Source of the DNA: Neophaeotheca triangularis
Lineage: Eukaryota
DNA length: 64,000 nt
Direction of reading: 5' to 3'
Assembly (NCBI GenBank): GCA_054600435.1
Contig: BAAIJX010000065.1
Coordinates: forward strand, 1-64,000
The notes below the pieces were generated by a model. The model was given only the letters and a program-made list of their open reading frames with translations, did no database searches and was not told where the DNA came from. The translations under genes were made by a program, and so were the position numbers. Shown here piece after piece: positions 58,861 through 64,000 of the stretch; position 1 is the first letter of the stretch, and every line of letters starts with the position of its first letter.

Positions 58861-59626
58861 GATGTGCGACGTGATCTGGTGAGTGCCGACGGATTGGTTG
58901 GCGGAGGTTTTGCAGAGGTGGAATCTTCACCTGGAAGATAGGATGGTAGAGGCCTCGAGATACTCAGAGCCAGCTGAGTTCAGGACAGTGGAAGGCGTGG
59001 AAGGCTGGGGATCAAGAAGTGCAGAGGAAAGCTGATGAGGAGGAGAAAGGACGCTACGAAGGAAGAGCATGGTTTTGTGAGGACTGGAGTGTTTTCACCG
59101 CCCCCTCGACCATCACAATGCCGTTGTTACTTCACCCAAATAGACAAAGAGAGTTGAAATACCAACAATACTCTTTTGCCATGCTCCTCTGCAGGTACAG
59201 GCTTATGCTTTGTCGACAAAGGCTCCTTTCTTCTGCTTGAAGATGTCCGAGCAACGAGCTAGTGTTTGGTCTCGAAAGTGCACGATGGTGTTGCTGCCAT
59301 CTCAATTCCAGGACACGCAATGGCAGGCGAAGCGATTCCATTCCGCAGGCTCGAGCAATCTGGCTGTTTGATTGAGGTTATGCTTCGATGACAGCAGGAC
59401 GGCAATTTTGTCGCATTACTTAGTTGCTTTCTCGAAGAGGTGAGGGCGTCTGCGGTTCTAAGGTTGCTGTCGAGGGGAAGATATATGAGACAGTGTCTCA
59501 CAACTAGCCGCAAAGTCAACAGGCTCTTATCATCTGCCCGAAGGGTCCCTCGAACGTTCGAATCCTGAATCACTCGTAGACATCGTGTCGCTTTCTCTAA
59601 GACGATGCTATCTTTACCTTACCGAT

Positions 59627-61179
59627 TTAGTAATTGAACCGAAAGCCTTCAGTATGCTCAAGCACAACCTTGCCCCGTCGCTGCCTCCCATTCGCGACGT
59701 AAAAATACGCCGAAAATGCTCCAACAAGTAGAATTATCAGCACATGCGAGAATATCGACACGTAGATCGCCGTCGTGTACCGAGGCGCTTCCTGCTGCCG
59801 CACGATGAAGCTTCCAGCGATCCCACCAGCTCCATTCATGGCGGTAACCGCAGCAGCAGTGAACGCACGCTTCCACTGGCCTGCGATGCTATTTGCGTAG
59901 TAAGTGGTCAAAGCTGCCCAGTTGCTAATATATGCGCCGGTGGCCAAGTAGGTCCCAATGTAGCGAATGGTGACTTGCTCGGTGAAGCCGAGCATGCAGA
60001 AGCCAATGATGAGGCAGATGCTGTTGAAGACTATGACTGGACCACGAAGCCGGTATCGGTCTCCCACGACGGAAGACAGGATCACTGGTACGACTGCGTA
60101 GTAGTAAGGGGGCGCCGAGAGGAGGATGGACTTGTCCTCGCTGAATCCCATGCCGCTTTGGAGGATTATCGGCAGAAAGTAGGATAGAGAAGTTGATACC
60201 AGGTTGAGCAGGAAGAACATAACGGCAAAGCCGTAGACTTTGAGGTCACCAGCGTGTTGGAGGACTTTCGACCAGGCAAAGGGGTCGGCCTGTACGTCTC
60301 CCCGGTCTTTCTCGATACGCGAAACGGCCAACTGCTGTTCCTTGGGAGTGAGGAAGTAGAGGGAATTCCGCGCATTTTCCGGAAAGTCGACCATCCAGAA
60401 GTAGGTTACAACGCCGAGGAAACAGGATATCAGGCCCTGAACTAGTATCCGTTAGCTTCGAAACACCAAAGAGGGAAGAGAGACTGGATACCTAAGAACA
60501 TGTAGCGCCAACCAGCCAGCCCTAACTTTCCATCGAGATGATTGAGACCGAAATTGACGATACCACCAGTAGCCAGTATGATAACTTGTCCAGCTTGGAG
60601 AAAAGCAAACCTCGTCTGCTGCTCTTCCCGCAAGTACCACGAAGAGATCAAAAACGACAGCCCAGGGTAAACCCCACTCATGGCCATCCCCAACAACACT
60701 CTCATAGCAATCATAGCCTTCCAGGAGTTGATAAAAGCCGTACACAGCGTGATCAGTCCAAAGCAGAAAGTAATCACCGCGAACCAGATTCGCGGGCCGA
60801 ACGTCCTCACGGCAATCGTCGAAGGCAGCTGAAAACCGATGCTCGCGATTGTGAAGATGAATATGCTAACGCTGTAGCGGTTGCCGGTCAAATCGAGGTC
60901 TGGGATCATGGACGTTACAGAAGCTGAAGAGATCACGCCCGAGTCCAGCAGGTTTAGGGAGCACAAAAGACCGGCTAGGGAGCATAGTCGAATGTCGACT
61001 TTGAGCCGTAGCTTGCGTTCGAGGGATGCATAGTCTTGTTGTTCGCTTGTTTCCCTTTGGTCGCCGAGAAGGTCATCGGTGCTACTCGCTGAGTCTGTCC
61101 TATTGTGGGCTGGAGACTTGTTGTTGCCGCTGAGTGGCGACTGCGAAGTCCGGGATGGCTTTGATGAGACAGCTGCCAT
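59627..61179 (-). CDS. MFS anion:cation symporter (Dal5/Tna1 allantoate permease family); intron 60442-60491
   Basis: LRLKVDIRL, SSWYLREEQQTR, GLAGWRYMFL/VQGLI, VDFPE and LLSAPPY. Confidence 0.9.
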
Positions 61180-61647
61180 GGCAGCGATTTTACATATCAC
61201 GCTTCGTCATCAATCAAAACCATGGACTCTCGATTTTCCGAGGGCGAGACTGACTGGTAGCGACTATCAGAATTGGTAGGCAAGAAATCTAGACAATTGC
61301 AAATATACATGTCTTTACAAGATGAATGCCGTGCCGGAAGTCTTCCCTTCCGAATTTGGCTTTCGAGGGGCAGCTTGCGAGCGACCTCACCATGTCAAGT
61401 CCAGACCGAGAACTATCTTGAATCACTTATAGCATCAAAGCTATGGTCGAATGGGAACGCCTCTTTTTACCTTCAACTCGCCGTGGCATGTCAGAGATCT
61501 GATTTTCTTACCCACAGTGGTGAGAGATGCGGAGGTACCTTGCTCATCGACACAATATCAAAGACGTCCTTCAATAACGGCAGAAGAAACATAAGGTCAT
61601 CAACGTAGAAAGCTACTCTCCCCGGCCATCACCACACAGCATAAACT

Positions 61648-62597
61648 CTACACCACGGCCCCACCAGCCCCAACAACCGCCGCACCCCCATCAACCCTCA
61701 GCGTCGCTCCATGCACATACGAGCTAAACCCACTAGCCAAAAACCCCACCACCCTCGCGACCTCCTCATACCTTCCACCACGTCCCAAACCCCCAACACC
61801 AGCACCAGCACCAGCACCAGCACCATTTCCCTCCCCTCTCATCTCTCCAGCTCGAACCATCCCCCCAAAACTAACATAATTCACCCTCACCCCACTCCCC
61901 ACCAACGCCCCCACACCCGCCTTAACAACCCCCTGCGCCGCATGCGCCGCGACCGTAAAACCCGGTCCCTCACTGCCAGCACCCTCATCACCGCTGACAA
62001 CCACAATACTACCATAGCTCTGGCTCTTGGGAGCAGCGTTGGGGTAATTGCCTTTGGGATTCGATTTCGCCATGGCGGCGGGCGCGTACTTGAGAGCAAA
62101 AAATGGCGCGTACGCGTGAGCGGAGAGGAGGTTTTGGAGATCGGAGGGGGAGGTGGAGGCGAGGGTCGAGGGTGCGGACACGACGGGGGTTGTCGTGTAG
62201 ATGTCTAGACTGTGATGCAGGGGGACAGGGTTAATTGATGGATGGGGTTGGTTTGGGGAGATGAGTTTCGGGCTTACCGGCCCCAGGTGTTCAGAACCTC
62301 GTCTATGAGGGCGAGAGTGTCTTGCTCGTCGGCTTGTTTGAAGGGGTATCCGATGATCTTGGTGTTGGGGAAGTGGGTTTTGACATCCTGGGCGAGGTTC
62401 GCGGCGTGGGCGTCTGAAGGCGTGGTTGAGCAGGCGTAGACGCAGGCTGCGCCGTGGGCGGCGAGTTCGTGCACGATTGCTTTGCCGAGGGATTGTTCGG
62501 CGCCGGTGACTATGCAGACGAAACCGTAGAGTTTGCCGTCCGAGCGGTAGGGGGAGAAGTGCGCGGTTTCCGGCTCTTTGTAGTCGAGCGTTGCCAT
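61648..62597 (-). CDS. Atypical short-chain dehydrogenase/reductase; intron 62210-62277
   Basis: CIVTGAEQSLG, WGR/LDI, GVRVN, EEVARVVGFLASGFSSYVHGATLRVDGG. No YxxxK. A (GA)n peptide tract is encoded by a hexamer repeat near 61800. Confidence 0.85.
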
Positions 62598-63186
62598 GGT
62601 TGTTTCACGGATAGTCTTTAATCTTTCTCTCCCAGCACGCGGCGAGGATCTTGACATGCAAAAAAGAAAAGAAAGAATAAAACGGGAACTCTGCCACCTA
62701 CCTCGTCAGGGTGTTGTATCTGAATCTGTGGGATCATGCTCTACTGATACACCTCCGGACCTCATTGCTGCAGACAAGCTGTACAGTAATCGCTGTTGAA
62801 GTGATTGGTCACGAATAGTTGTCCTCGGAGTTGTATCTTGAAGTTCCTCTGCAGAGATAAGAATGTCGACGAGCTTTGCACAGACCAATTTTTAGCTGGT
62901 ATCTAGTTTAGGCCGAGGGTTTGGGTAGACAAGAGACCAACCCAACTTGGCTTAGCCTCGTCTCCCGGCTCCCATGGGAGGCTGGTCAGATCTATCGCGA
63001 ACAAGTAGTAATACAAACATACCATATACTGTTACGCTAATGTAGCTTACACTCCCACAATGCTAACCCTTCGATCTCTCCTCCCGTGCCAGAAGCATCA
63101 AACGCACATGATGCAACCCCCGCAAGTGAATCCCTCAACGGCAACACCCAGAATCACACCATTACAATACCTGCTATCCTCCCCTC

Positions 63187-64000
63187 TTACTTAGCAAAAT
63201 GCAAATCGTAATTCAACCACTTCCGCGCCTGCACTTGCTCGACACTCAATCCCGGCTGACCGTAAGTCAAAGGCGCAAAGTAGATGAAACCACCAATGAG
63301 CGCCGCCACGACCAAAGCCCCGGCAGCCCAAGTAGCGAGCAAGCTCTGCCCGGCAATTCTTTCGCGAATCGGCCTGCTTCTCAGCTCCCTCAGCTTCTGA
63401 CCCTTGACGCCCTTTTCGCCGCCAGGCTTGCCGTCGGAGATGCTGGGGTTGTCGGTGGCGAGGGAGGTGAGTTCTTGGGGTTCGATGTTGAAGACGAACT
63501 CGAGGAGGGCGCCGGCCACGAGGGCGGAAGCGAGGTGGGCGGGCAGGTAGTGGTGAAGGAAGAGCTGGCGGCCCATGATGAAGAAGGGGAGGTAGTGGGC
63601 GGCCCAGGTTAGAAAGAAGAAGCCTGTGCTGTTGTAGAGGCGGGAGCGGGTGCCTTGGGGGAAAGCGGTGTTAGTATACATGAGGGACAAAACGACAAGG
63701 GGGAAAGGCTTGGGCTTACGTTTGTCCAGCGCGTCTACACCACGGCGCATGCTGAGTTGATCCGCAAGCAAGACGCCCGCGAAGACTGCGAGAATCGAAG
63801 CTGCGAGCCACCAGCCAATTGGGTTTCCAAGGAAGTAGATTTGCTGACGAGTGTCGTTGTGAGTCCAAAAGCTAACGCCGCGAAGCAGGAAGGGCCACTG
63901 GATAGGCTGAGAAGCATAAGGGTGGCTGCTGGTGAGGGCGTTGTTGTGGATGAACATTGCTCGCTGTAGCTCGGTCCATTTACGCATGAAGGGCAGTCTC
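63187..64000 (-). CDS. PMT4: Dolichyl-phosphate-mannose protein O-mannosyltransferase (Pmt4 type), 3' part; intron 63654-63719
   Basis: HNNALTSSHPYAS.P..WPFLLRGVSFW, IYFLGN, MGRQLFLHHYLPAHL and LHFAK end. The gene runs off the window edge. Confidence 0.92.
   Translation of the reverse strand, partial: RLPFMRKWTELQRAMFIHNNALTSSHPYASQPIQWPFLLRGVSFWTHNDTRQQIYFLGNPIGWWLAASILAVFAGVLLADQLSMRRGVDALDKRKPKPFPLVVLSLMYTNTAFPQGTRSRLYNSTGFFFLTWAAHYLPFFIMGRQLFLHHYLPAHLASALVAGALLEFVFNIEPQELTSLATDNPSISDGKPGGEKGVKGQKLRELRSRPIRERIAGQSLLATWAAGALVVAALIGGFIYFAPLTYGQPGLSVEQVQARKWLNYDLHFAK

Noticed and set aside
63654..63719. Apparent 22-aa insertion in PMT4 in the ORF track
   Set aside because: It is a canonical 66-nt intron (GTAAGC..CTAAC..AAG) that happens to be in frame.
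1..64000. CRISPR arrays, rRNA, intact transposons or a secondary-metabolite cluster
   Set aside because: No repeat-spacer array, rRNA-like sequence, transposase/RT motifs or PKS/NRPS/terpene synthase core gene was seen.

Overview
This is gene-dense eukaryotic DNA from a filamentous ascomycete (Pezizomycotina; a Dothideomycete is my guess). The evidence is short GT-AG introns with CTRAC-type branch points and fungal housekeeping orthologues. I reconstructed about 30 protein-coding genes by hand, many of them spliced and only partly shown in the ORF track. Recognised genes: CDD1 (partial), ORT1, CGR1, PAB1, DSC2, ATP1, MPO1, RPB7, VPS60 and PMT4 (partial). Family-level calls: four MFS transporters (Pho84/Git1-type, DHA1, Stl1-like, Dal5-family), a methyltransferase, a cupin, a zf-GRF protein, an S28 peptidase, a secreted CBM-like protein, a 2H phosphoesterase, a GH30 hydrolase, a PTS1-bearing heme peroxidase, an atypical SDR and several F-box-like or hypothetical proteins. 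There is also a decayed AAA+ ATPase pseudogene with a duplicated 3' fragment. I saw no rRNA, tRNA, CRISPR array or intact transposon, and no convincing new multi-gene system. The best leads are a coding-like, in-frame intron in CGR1, an in-frame intronic ATG in ATP1, a repeated C-rich to G-rich switch inside genes, clustered intergenic TACCTA/TAGGTA motifs, a catalytically atypical SDR and the 2H enzyme. All product calls come from motif recognition, not database searches.
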